Shown: positions 8,542 to 17,449 of the stretch, one piece after another | Layout: every line of letters starts with the position of its first letter | Numbering within the stretch: position 1 is the stretch's first letter | DNA from: Candidatus Sumerlaeota bacterium | GTDB lineage: Bacteria; Sumerlaeota; Sumerlaeia; Sumerlaeales; Sumerlaeaceae | Reading direction: 5' to 3' | NCBI GenBank assembly: GCA_026398535.1 | Contig: JAPLSQ010000031.1 | Span: 4,165 to 68,164, forward strand | DNA length: 64,000 bases | Made by a program: the position numbers and the translations under genes | The notes under the pieces: model-generated | What the model was told of the DNA's origin: nothing | What the model saw: only the letters and a program-made list of their open reading frames with translations | The model's database searches: none

Positions 8542-11217
8542 TCAATGCGCCGTCTCCTGAATAATGTTCTCCGCTTTACGGACTGCAACCTTATAATCCC
8601 GCTGGATGAAGGCTTGCATGGCGGATTGATAATCGTTTTGGAGTCCGCCTGTTTTGAGACTCTTTCCCTTGTCGCGCGCCCATTCCTGCAACCGGGCATA
8701 GGCATACGCCAGCCGGTAGCGCGCGGTCCGCGCCGCTTTGATCCGCGCCAGCGTTGCGCCGTCATCTTGACGCCGAAGTTCCGCCCGCGCATAGTCCAGT
8801 GAGTCCAATTCCATCGGAATTCCTGCAGTCAGTTGACTGGCCGTGTATGCCTTCGTCACCCCTTGGCGATTCGGGGCGCCCATGATGGTCAGCGTGTAGT
8901 TGCCCGATTCCAATCCCTTCAACCGCAGGGAAAAGGCGCGTCGACCCTCCGTCGGATTGAAGACGATCAGAGGGCGGTCAGCGCCGGTGATCGCCTCTTC
9001 GCAATGATCCAGCGTGCTGGTGTTCAGTGCCATGATCGAGCGGTCGCTGGCCGCCGCGAGCGCCTCATACATCCACCAGTTCCAGATCGAGTTGCCCGCC
9101 ATGTAGAGCGCCGTCCCCTCCTTGCCCGTCGAACCGCCCATCGACTCCAACTGGTACAAAGGTTCCACCGGGAAATATTGCCCCACATCGCGGCGCAAAT
9201 CCGGATTCAGGGCGCGAACTGCCGGGCCATAAGTGGCTGGATAAAAGTGAAACGAGTTGATCCGGTTCAGGTTGGAGAGTTTGAGCAGGAGCGGATTCAA
9301 CGGATTTGACACATCGCGGTCCAACAGCCATGCGATGCACAGGTGCGCCTCGGTGGTTTCCCATGGAGTCGCGCACGCGGCCCCGACATAGGCATAGAAA
9401 AGACCGGCGTGGCCCAACTCGCGGTTGACCGCATCCGTCCTGTCCTCGTGCCAGAAAGTCATGCGAAGCAGGGTGTTAAGGAAGTCGCGCGAGACGCGCA
9501 ACCATTGCGGATTGCCTTCCAGCTCGTAAAGGTTATATGCGGCAACGGCGCCATAAGCGTTGCCTGTCAGATCCGAGGGCGGCATATCCATCGGATCGCT
9601 GTAACTGCGCGTATAATACTTGTTCGATTCGCTGTAGCGCATCTTGTGCAGAAACGTGTCCAGAGAGACCCGCGCTTCATCCAGAAATTGGCGGTTGCCG
9701 CTCATCCCATAGGATCGGGCCATGACGAAGCTGTAGGAGCCGACAGTCCATGGCTCGCGGACAGCGCCCAATCCTGGGTTTTCATAATAAGGAAGAGGCT
9801 GGCGGCTGAGCGGATTAAAATAGGTGGAAAAGACATAGCCAACATTGCGGGCATACCCGATCAATCCTTCGTTGGCCATCAGCATGCGACCAGCAACGGC
9901 CGGGTTAAAATCCTCGTCCGCCAGAGTCTCGTTGATCTGGAGCATCTCCTGGTAGAAGACAAGGGACTGCCATGAGATTTCCATGGGATTGACGGGGGGA
10001 GACTGCGGGAGAAAACTGCGGATCATCCGTGAGGGGGGATCGTAGAAACGCGGCACGGCATCCTTCTTAATCCGGGCAAACTCCAGCGTGCCGGTTGTCG
10101 GGTGAAGACGTGCATAGAGCATCCAAGGCGCGAGATGGTGATTGACCGTGGAGAAATTCCACGCCGAGGGCAGAACCGCGGGATCGCTCTTCATCAGGTC
10201 GGGATGAGCAATCATCTCGTCCCGGTGCTTCACCAGTTCCAGCGGTTCGTCCTTCCATGGCTTTTTCACAACAGCGCAAGTCACATTCTTGAGCATGAGG
10301 TCATGAATCGTTCTCCCCGCAAATCGCTCCCAAGTGACTTCGCCGCCTTCCAGTGTGTCCTTGGGGAATTCCGCGTTGGCGGGGTGAAGGGGCGCGCACA
10401 CCCGGATCATCTTGTCCAATGCCTCGAATTTCGCTGGTTTGCCTTCGCGGCGCGCGCTGTACAGGTAATATTCGATGATCATCGGACCGGATGTGATCTT
10501 GTTGCCCGACAGCTTTCGGGGGTGCATCCCCAGCCCGGTCTGGCCATTCCGCGTCTGTGATTTGATCTGGATGTTTATGAAGCGATGCACGCCCCAGGGT
10601 GAAAACCAAGTCATCGGCGTCATGTTGAAAAAAACAACCGCCTCCCGGTTGTTGTCCCACAGGTAGGCGGCGGGGAACCCGAAGCAGAATGCCACATTGT
10701 ACGCGTCGCCCGTTTGGCTGACCGGCCCCTGGTCCACGGTCAGGGTGGCCGTTGTCTGATTCATCCACAGGGCCACGGTAGGTTGCGGATTATCGATCTT
10801 CAGGTCAGACGGAAGGCGGCATGTGATCGCGAACTTGATCAAGGGGCTGCCGGCCTCGAGCTCAACCCGCGCATCCCAAGGGTAATCGGGATTCTGGCGG
10901 GTTCCTTTGAGCAGGATGGCTTTCCGGGAAGGGCTGTTCTCCACGATTTCGCATGAGCTTGGCTGAAGGTTGAAACAGGAGCCCTCGACGATGGGACGGC
11001 GCGCGTCGAACAGGGCGTCCCAGCGGGAGCCATTGCGGACGTATGTCGTGATTTCCCACACACCGTTCGGATTCCTGTCGAAGGCGACACGCTGGATTTC
11101 ATTGGAGATTTCAACATGGCCGTCCCTGCTTTGCATGGCAGGCGCGCCATGAACCTGGGGCGGCAACAGAAAAAGCGCGGCACACAAGACCGCTACAGGT
11201 GATGGGAGTCGCCTCAT
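8542..11217 (-). CDS. Large secreted protein of unknown function, paralog family member P1 (~890 aa); candidate glycan-active enzyme
   Basis: Start taken at MRRLPSPVAVLCAALFLLPPQVHGAPA (signal peptide), inside the longer track ORF 8542..11316. Clear paralog of 11352..14219 and 48327..51048: shared blocks PQPTVALWMNQ, GFPAAYLW, SAWNFSTVN, ISWQSLVFYQ, DFNPAVAGRMLM, VGSY..M.R.YEM, GNAYGAVAA, LRVSRDFLNTLLRMT.W.ED.TDAV, LDSLDYAR.ELR. Confidence 0.8.
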   Translation of the reverse strand: MRRLPSPVAVLCAALFLLPPQVHGAPAMQSRDGHVEISNEIQRVAFDRNPNGVWEITTYVRNGSRWDALFDARRPIVEGSCFNLQPSSCEIVENSPSRKAILLKGTRQNPDYPWDARVELEAGSPLIKFAITCRLPSDLKIDNPQPTVALWMNQTTATLTVDQGPVSQTGDAYNVAFCFGFPAAYLWDNNREAVVFFNMTPMTWFSPWGVHRFINIQIKSQTRNGQTGLGMHPRKLSGNKITSGPMIIEYYLYSARREGKPAKFEALDKMIRVCAPLHPANAEFPKDTLEGGEVTWERFAGRTIHDLMLKNVTCAVVKKPWKDEPLELVKHRDEMIAHPDLMKSDPAVLPSAWNFSTVNHHLAPWMLYARLHPTTGTLEFARIKKDAVPRFYDPPSRMIRSFLPQSPPVNPMEISWQSLVFYQEMLQINETLADEDFNPAVAGRMLMANEGLIGYARNVGYVFSTYFNPLSRQPLPYYENPGLGAVREPWTVGSYSFVMARSYGMSGNRQFLDEARVSLDTFLHKMRYSESNKYYTRSYSDPMDMPPSDLTGNAYGAVAAYNLYELEGNPQWLRVSRDFLNTLLRMTFWHEDRTDAVNRELGHAGLFYAYVGAACATPWETTEAHLCIAWLLDRDVSNPLNPLLLKLSNLNRINSFHFYPATYGPAVRALNPDLRRDVGQYFPVEPLYQLESMGGSTGKEGTALYMAGNSIWNWWMYEALAAASDRSIMALNTSTLDHCEEAITGADRPLIVFNPTEGRRAFSLRLKGLESGNYTLTIMGAPNRQGVTKAYTASQLTAGIPMELDSLDYARAELRRQDDGATLARIKAARTARYRLAYAYARLQEWARDKGKSLKTGGLQNDYQSAMQAFIQRDYKVAVRKAENIIQETAH

Positions 11218-11351
11218 GTTTGAGATGGGAAGCTTCTTCAATAACGATGGCCGGAAAGAGCGGATGCGGCAGACAGGACGGATGACACATCCAAGAGGAC
11301 GAAGGATTGGTTTCAAGGGCGTGCCTTCTTTGCCATGTCCCGTGCCATTCG

Positions 11352-14219
11352 TCAGTCGTATAACTCCCAGCCGTTGATCCGGGACGGGAATTCATACCCG
11401 AGCTGAACAAGAATATAGACCGCGCTATCATTGGCCGCGGAGTAGTTGCCGTTGTCGTAGGCTTGCATGGCCGACTGGAAAACGGTCTTAAGATTCGCGA
11501 GAGGGTCCGTTCCCTGGTCGCGCGCCCGTTCCTGGAGCAGGCTGTATGCCAGGGAAAGGTTGTTTCTGGTGTTGCGTATCTCGCCAATCTGCGCGAGCAT
11601 GGCATTCGCGTTTTCATGGCGCAGTTCCACGCGCGCATAATCCAGCGAATCGAGCGCAAGCGCCACGCCGCTCGTGAGCTGGGCGGATGAATAGACCACC
11701 GGCGCGCCCGAATTGCCCGCCGAATCGGCGCATATCATGGTGTAATTTCCTTCAGCAAGGCCCAGAATCCTGAAGTTGAAGCTGAGCCGCCCGGTTGTCG
11801 GATTGAATACGATAAACCGGCGCTTCGCCGAGGATAATGTCTCCTGGTAATCATCCAGAACATCGAGGTTCAGCGCCATGATGGATCGGTTGTCGGCCTG
11901 CGCAAGCGCTTCATACATCCAGTAATTCCACATCGCGTTGCCGGCCATGTAGAAAGCTGTGCCGTTGCTTCCCGTCGAGCCGCCCGGAAACTCCAGCATG
12001 TAAAACTCCTCGATCGGGCAGTACTGGCCGAGGTCGCGGCGAAGGGAAGGATTCAGCGCACGCACGGTGGGCGTGTAGGCGGCCGGATAGAAATAGAACG
12101 AGTTGATCCGGTTCAGATTCGACAGCTTCAGAAGCAGCGGAGTCAGAGGATTGGCGGTGTCGTTTTTCAGCATCCAGGCCATGCATAAGTTGGCTTCCGA
12201 AGTTTCCCATGGCGTTGGACAGGCCGCGCCGCCGAAGGGATAGAAAAGCCCGGTGTTGCGCAACTCACGGCTCACGGCGTCCGTGTTGTCTTCAAACCAG
12301 ATCGTCATCCGCAACAGAGTGTTGAGAAAATCGCGGGACACCCTCAGCATGCGCGGATCGCCGGATCGCTGGTAGAGTTTGAATGCCGCCACGGCGCCAT
12401 ATCCGTTGCCTATCAGTTCCATGACGGGCATGTCCATCGGCTCGGTAAAAGTCCTTGTAAAATAGGAATTGGATTCGGTGTAGGTCATCGTGGTCAGAAA
12501 TGTGTCGAGCGCCTTGGCCGCCTCCGCGCGCAACCGTTCATTGCGGGTCATTTCATAGGCTCGCATGAGGACATAGGCATAGGAACCGACTGACCATGGT
12601 TCGCGGATGGCGCCCAGACCCGGATTTTCCGCAAAGTCCATCGGCTGTTTGCTGCCGGGATAAAAATATGTCGAGAAGACATAATTGACGTTTGCGGCAT
12701 ATTGCATCAAACCGGACAAACCCATCAGCATGCGTCCGGTGATGGCGGGATTGAAGTCAGCGGGCGCCAGCGCCTCGTAAACCTCCAGCAATTTCTGGTA
12801 AAACACAAGGCTTTGCCAGCTAATCTCCGCCGTGAAAACATGAACCGGCTGGCGGGTGCCGCTGCACACCATCCTGGCCACGGAATCATAGAAGCGGGGA
12901 AGACCCTGCTTTTTTACCATTGCGAATACATGCGCGCTCGTGTTGGGATTCAGGCGCTCATACAGCATCCATGGTGTCAGGTGCAGGTTGACTGTGGAGA
13001 AGTTCCATGCGCTCTCGGCCTGAGACTGGCTGGCCACCGCCCTGTCCGGATGGACAATCATGCGATTGCCGATCGTGATCAGGTAAAGCGGCATATCATC
13101 CCATGCAACGCTCAGGTCGCCATAAGTAGTGTTCCTGATCTGGAAATCGGACACGGCCTGCTGGGTGAATGATTTCCATGAGACTTCGCCCCCCGCCAGT
13201 GTGTTGGACGGAAACACCGAGTCGGCCCGACAAAGAGGCGCGAACACCTGCATCATCCGGTCCAGAGCCTCGAACTTTGTGGGTTTGGCGTCGCGGCGGC
13301 TCGCATATAAATAAAAGGTGACAAGCATCTCGCCGGCGCGAAGCTTGTTTCCGGAAAGATGCCGCGGGAACATGCCCAAGCCTGTCTGCCCCGCCTGCGG
13401 CTGGATTTTGATCTGCACGTCCTGGAAGCGGCCGACGCCCTGCCGCGACATCCAGGTCATCGGAGTCATGTCAAAAAACACCGAAGCCTCCCTGCCCTGA
13501 TGCCACAGATAGGCGGCTGGAAAACCATAGACAAACGGGGTGTTGTAGACATCCCCCGTCGGACTCAGCGGACCCTGGTCCAGAGTCAGATCGGCGGAGG
13601 GCTGATTCATCCACAAGGCGACGGTGGGTTGTGGCGCGGTCAGCGTAATATCCGACTGAAAATGCGAGGCGATCTGAAAAAAGGCGAGCGGGGAATCGGC
13701 GCGCATTTCCATGCCGATGTCCCATACGTTGGGCGGTGAAGCGCTGACGCCATGAAACTGGACAAGTTTGCGGATTGAGCTGTTCTCAAGGATGCCATAT
13801 GATGTCGGTTCAAGATTGAAAATGGCGCCCTCGATCAGGGGACGGCGCCCGTCGAGGAACAGTTCCCACGAGCTGCCGTTCCACACATGGACGCTCGGGC
13901 GAAACTTGCCGTCGGTGTCCTTGGCAAATGATATTTTCTGAATGCCGTTGGACATTTCCAGCAGACTGTCCGTGGCCACAAGCGCCAGGCTGCCGGTTGA
14001 AGGTGCGCTTGTCACAACCATCAGTTCCTCTCTCCCAGTGGTATTGCCCGCGCCATCGCCGGCAGTATTGACAACCCTCTCCGCCGCGTTCCTGGCAGCC
14101 CGCGGCGTGTCATCACCTGCGGGCGTCGCTTTCGGCTCGCCAGTGGCCTTCGCGCTGAGCAATGCCAGCAAACATATTTGGGCCAGCGCGCGAAGAAGAC
14201 ACTTTTTCTTTATCGGCAT
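11352..14219 (-). CDS. Large secreted protein of unknown function, paralog family member P2 (955 aa); tandem duplicate of P1
   Basis: Signal peptide MPIKKKCLLRALAQICLLALLSAKATG; collinear similarity to P1 along its whole length; separated from P1 by 134 bp. Confidence 0.8.
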   Translation of the reverse strand: MPIKKKCLLRALAQICLLALLSAKATGEPKATPAGDDTPRAARNAAERVVNTAGDGAGNTTGREELMVVTSAPSTGSLALVATDSLLEMSNGIQKISFAKDTDGKFRPSVHVWNGSSWELFLDGRRPLIEGAIFNLEPTSYGILENSSIRKLVQFHGVSASPPNVWDIGMEMRADSPLAFFQIASHFQSDITLTAPQPTVALWMNQPSADLTLDQGPLSPTGDVYNTPFVYGFPAAYLWHQGREASVFFDMTPMTWMSRQGVGRFQDVQIKIQPQAGQTGLGMFPRHLSGNKLRAGEMLVTFYLYASRRDAKPTKFEALDRMMQVFAPLCRADSVFPSNTLAGGEVSWKSFTQQAVSDFQIRNTTYGDLSVAWDDMPLYLITIGNRMIVHPDRAVASQSQAESAWNFSTVNLHLTPWMLYERLNPNTSAHVFAMVKKQGLPRFYDSVARMVCSGTRQPVHVFTAEISWQSLVFYQKLLEVYEALAPADFNPAITGRMLMGLSGLMQYAANVNYVFSTYFYPGSKQPMDFAENPGLGAIREPWSVGSYAYVLMRAYEMTRNERLRAEAAKALDTFLTTMTYTESNSYFTRTFTEPMDMPVMELIGNGYGAVAAFKLYQRSGDPRMLRVSRDFLNTLLRMTIWFEDNTDAVSRELRNTGLFYPFGGAACPTPWETSEANLCMAWMLKNDTANPLTPLLLKLSNLNRINSFYFYPAAYTPTVRALNPSLRRDLGQYCPIEEFYMLEFPGGSTGSNGTAFYMAGNAMWNYWMYEALAQADNRSIMALNLDVLDDYQETLSSAKRRFIVFNPTTGRLSFNFRILGLAEGNYTMICADSAGNSGAPVVYSSAQLTSGVALALDSLDYARVELRHENANAMLAQIGEIRNTRNNLSLAYSLLQERARDQGTDPLANLKTVFQSAMQAYDNGNYSAANDSAVYILVQLGYEFPSRINGWELYD

Positions 14220-14234
14220 CTGTTGCTTTCCGCC

Positions 14235-15734
14235 TTAATTTGCATAACTCAATCGTCTTTGGTTCTCGATATATGACGGGACATCGTTCCAGGCAACCGC
14301 GTTCTGAGGGGCATAGTGTTTGACGCTCGACGACATGCGGATGGCTTGGCGCGCGTCGGCCAGCGAACTCATCATGCCAAACGCGCGCGCCTGAACCGCA
14401 AAATTGCCGAGGATTGCGGCTTCGACTGGTCCCGCAAAAACAGGCACACCGCAGGCGTCCGCCGTAAACTGGCACAGCAACTGGTTTTGCGCACCGCCGC
14501 CGAAAATGTGGATGCTGGACGTTGTTCGTCCCAGCGCCTTGTCCATTTCACGCAATGTCCGGCTGTACTTGGCGGCCATGCTCTCCAACGAGCACCTTGC
14601 CAGCGCGCCTTGGGTTTCCGGAACAGTCAGCCCTGTTTCCCGGCAGATTTCCTGAATCGTCTGGATCATGTTAGCCGGCGCGTACAACCGGGGATCATCC
14701 ACGCTGATAAGCGACGCCAATGCCTCGGCTTCGGCCGCTTGTTTTATCAGCTCATCGTAATGAATATCCATTCCGTCCTTTTTCCAAATCCGTCGGCATT
14801 CCTGAAGCAGCCAAAGCCCAATAAAAGTCTTATGGAAACAAATCCTGCCATTCGCGCCGCCTTCGTTGGAAAATCCGAGAGCGAAACTGTTCTCGTCAAT
14901 CAGCGGCTTGTCGAGCTCGGTTCCCATGATGGACCAAGTGCCGCAGGAAATGTAGGCCCACGGTTCAGACTCGTTTTCCACCGGCGCGGAAGCGATGGCC
15001 GAGGCCGTGTCATGGGTTGCCGGAGTAATGACCAGCGTCCCGGCGTCCAGACCAGTTTGTTCCGCAATCTCAGGGAGAATGGGGCCAAGCACTGTGCCGC
15101 AGGGCGTAATATCCCTGAAAATGCGCCGGGGAAATCCCATGCGGTATATAATCTCCTCCTGCCATGTTCCCGTCAGTGGATCGAGAAGCTGTGTTGTCGT
15201 TGCGTTTGTATGCTCACAGGACATGCGGCCAGTCAGCAGGCAGTTGAACAGATCGCCCATTAGAAGAAGGGAACCGGCGCAATCGAGCAGGGGCGACTTT
15301 GAGTGCGCGAGGGCGAGAAGCTGGTAAAGCGTGTTGAAACGATTGAAACCAATTCCCGTCAGCCTGTAGATTTCCTTTTCGGGAAGAATGCCAAAGGCGA
15401 TCTCAGGCATGCCCTCTGTGCGCCGGTCCCTGTAGTGCGCCGGATTGGCCAGAAGTGTTCCATCGCTGGCAAGAAGCCCGAAATCCACCCCCCATGTGTC
15501 AATGCCAATCCCCGCCGCGTGGGGGCCGTGCCGTTTCACAAATTTCGCGATGCCGGTCAGCATCTCCTCATAAATGCAGGCGGCATCCCACTGGTGAACG
15601 CCTTGCATGGTGAGATGTCTGGTTGGGAAACGGTGGATTTCTTCAAACTCAAATCGGTTGGCCGACAGCAATCCGGCAATAGCCCGGCCGTTGCTGGCGC
15701 CAAGGTCAAAAGCCAGGAATCGATGGCTTGTCAT
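14235..15734 (-). CDS. rhaB: Rhamnulokinase (FGGY-family kinase)
   Basis: Start at MTSHRFLAFDLGASNGR (15734), inside the longer track ORF 14235..15962. Motifs GIDTWGVDFGLL, NATTTQL, ATHDTASA, SCGTWSIMG, NEGGANGR, GLWLLQ, IFGGGAQNQLLCQFTADACGVPVFAGPVEAAILGN match RhaB. Confidence 0.85.
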   Translation of the reverse strand: MTSHRFLAFDLGASNGRAIAGLLSANRFEFEEIHRFPTRHLTMQGVHQWDAACIYEEMLTGIAKFVKRHGPHAAGIGIDTWGVDFGLLASDGTLLANPAHYRDRRTEGMPEIAFGILPEKEIYRLTGIGFNRFNTLYQLLALAHSKSPLLDCAGSLLLMGDLFNCLLTGRMSCEHTNATTTQLLDPLTGTWQEEIIYRMGFPRRIFRDITPCGTVLGPILPEIAEQTGLDAGTLVITPATHDTASAIASAPVENESEPWAYISCGTWSIMGTELDKPLIDENSFALGFSNEGGANGRICFHKTFIGLWLLQECRRIWKKDGMDIHYDELIKQAAEAEALASLISVDDPRLYAPANMIQTIQEICRETGLTVPETQGALARCSLESMAAKYSRTLREMDKALGRTTSSIHIFGGGAQNQLLCQFTADACGVPVFAGPVEAAILGNFAVQARAFGMMSSLADARQAIRMSSSVKHYAPQNAVAWNDVPSYIENQRRLSYAN

Positions 15735-15988
15735 GAATCGTCTGCCTCCTGCATCATCGGAATTCAGCCATTCTCTTTGATAACACTGAAGTTCATGATC
15801 GGTTTCTTGAGTGCTGAAAAAACCATATAATTTCATGAATGCGTATATACTATATATACAATTGGCCGCGTCAAGGAAAGAATGCATAAAAATGAATTCG
15901 GGGGAATCGGATTTGGCGATTTCACAAAACAATTTGAAAAAACGATCGAATGTTATTGACAATCGTGCGATGGAGCCTGTCGTATTGT

Positions 15989-16010
15989 AATGTCATGAGA
16001 TAATGACAAT
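15989..16010. promoter_or_regulatory. Inverted repeat aaTGTCAT-gagata-ATGACAat in the divergent rhaB / regulator promoter region; candidate operator
   Basis: Perfect 6-bp arms (15991-15996 and 16003-16008) with a 6-nt spacer, in the AT-rich 350-bp intergenic region between divergent genes. TGACAAT also occurs at 15956-15962. Confidence 0.35.
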
Positions 16011-16085
16011 CAGCCAGGCATGAGCTTGATGGCGATGTTAAACCTCTCGCAATCATGATCTTATGATACGATTCTCTGGACAAAG

Positions 16086-17261
16086 ATGGCAATACAGTAT
16101 ATAGATCAGAAGGCTAATGACAATATGAACAATTCAACAGACAGCATGGTCAAAGAACAGTTCGACACCATTGTTCTGGATCCCGCATCCAGCGAACCGC
16201 TTTATGTTCAGTTGGAGAAGGCGATCATGGACAGAATCCAAGTGTGCCAGTGGATGCCCGGTTTTCGCCTTCCAACGTATCGCAAACTCGCCGAGATGAC
16301 GGGCGTCAGCCTGATCACCGTTCAGCAGGCGGTGAACAACCTGGTGAATCGGAATCTGCTTTACCGGCGGCAGGGCCAGGGCACGTTCGTCGCCACACAG
16401 GAGACGAAGTCCGCCTCAAACCGCATCGCTCTTTTTCTGCCCAACCTGCGCGAACCGTTTTTCTCTGTCCTGGCGCAGATCATCCAAACAGAGATGATCA
16501 ACGATGGATACGCCGTCTCCATTTTTGCCATGGACGATGGCGTTTCCCAGATCGCGCGGGCTGTCGAGCTTATGCGCGATCATGATGTTGATGGCATCAT
16601 CACCACCACCGCAAGCAACGAGGAGACGTTTTCCCAAGTTCTGCGGGCGCGCTCATGGAACATACCGGTCATCATTGTTGACGGGCACATTCCGGGCGAA
16701 GAGATCAGTTACGTCGAGTGCGACAACCACGAGGGAATGACCCTGATCATAGACCATCTTGTCAGCCATGGACACCGGCGCATCGGTTTTGCCTCAGGCC
16801 CATGCTATACTTATGGACTTAAAGCGCGCATGGAGGCTTTCAGTGAGATCATGAGCAAGCGGGGAATCGGCTTCAATCCGTCCTGCCTCCAGATCAGCCA
16901 CCTTGACCGCGACGAAGGCGGCTGGGATGCGGCGCACAAATTGCTGCTTCTTCGCGATCCGCCGACGGCCATCGCCTGCTCCACCGACATGGTCGCGGCG
17001 GGAGTTCTTCGCGCCGCCAGAGCTCTGGGCATAAAGGTGCCCGACCAGCTTTCTGTTGTGGGATTCGATGACCTCTACCTGGCCGCTCATCTTGAGGTTC
17101 CTCTGACCACCATCAGACAACCCGTGGAAAAAATCGGGAAAATCGCCAAAAAAATGATCCTCGAAAGGATCCGCAAAACCTCCAAGTCCGTCATGGAATT
17201 TCACACTCTCCCGCCAAAACTGGTCATGCGCTCGAGTACAGGCCCCGTGTGTGAACCATGA
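16086..17261 (+). CDS. AraR-like chimeric transcriptional regulator (GntR-type winged HTH + LacI/GalR-type periplasmic-binding-protein-like sugar-binding domain)
   Basis: N-terminus LPTYRKLAEMTGVSLITVQQAVNNLVNRNLLYRRQGQGTFVA is a GntR-family HTH. The remainder is PBP1/LacI-like (ALFLPNLREPFF, IITTTASNEE, VPDQLSVVGFDD). Divergent from the rhaB operon. Confidence 0.8.
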   Translation: MAIQYIDQKANDNMNNSTDSMVKEQFDTIVLDPASSEPLYVQLEKAIMDRIQVCQWMPGFRLPTYRKLAEMTGVSLITVQQAVNNLVNRNLLYRRQGQGTFVATQETKSASNRIALFLPNLREPFFSVLAQIIQTEMINDGYAVSIFAMDDGVSQIARAVELMRDHDVDGIITTTASNEETFSQVLRARSWNIPVIIVDGHIPGEEISYVECDNHEGMTLIIDHLVSHGHRRIGFASGPCYTYGLKARMEAFSEIMSKRGIGFNPSCLQISHLDRDEGGWDAAHKLLLLRDPPTAIACSTDMVAAGVLRAARALGIKVPDQLSVVGFDDLYLAAHLEVPLTTIRQPVEKIGKIAKKMILERIRKTSKSVMEFHTLPPKLVMRSSTGPVCEP

Positions 17262-17449
17262 AATATTCATGGTTCATCCAAAGACCATTGCCACCCGCAT
17301 AAAACAATTGTATATGCTCAATATAAAATTTTTGCTTTTATGTCGATTTTCCTTTGACATCCATTTCCGTTTCATTGCTTCTTGCCTTGATCATACAAAA
17401 ATTCATCATTGTATATGATGACAATACATGGAAAGGATGGTATGAAAAG

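Noticed and set aside
11218-11351. Possible terminator hairpin (AAGG…CCTT) between P2 and P1
   Set aside because: Only 4-5 bp stems with no U-tract on the transcribed strand. Insufficient to claim the tandem paralogs are separately terminated.
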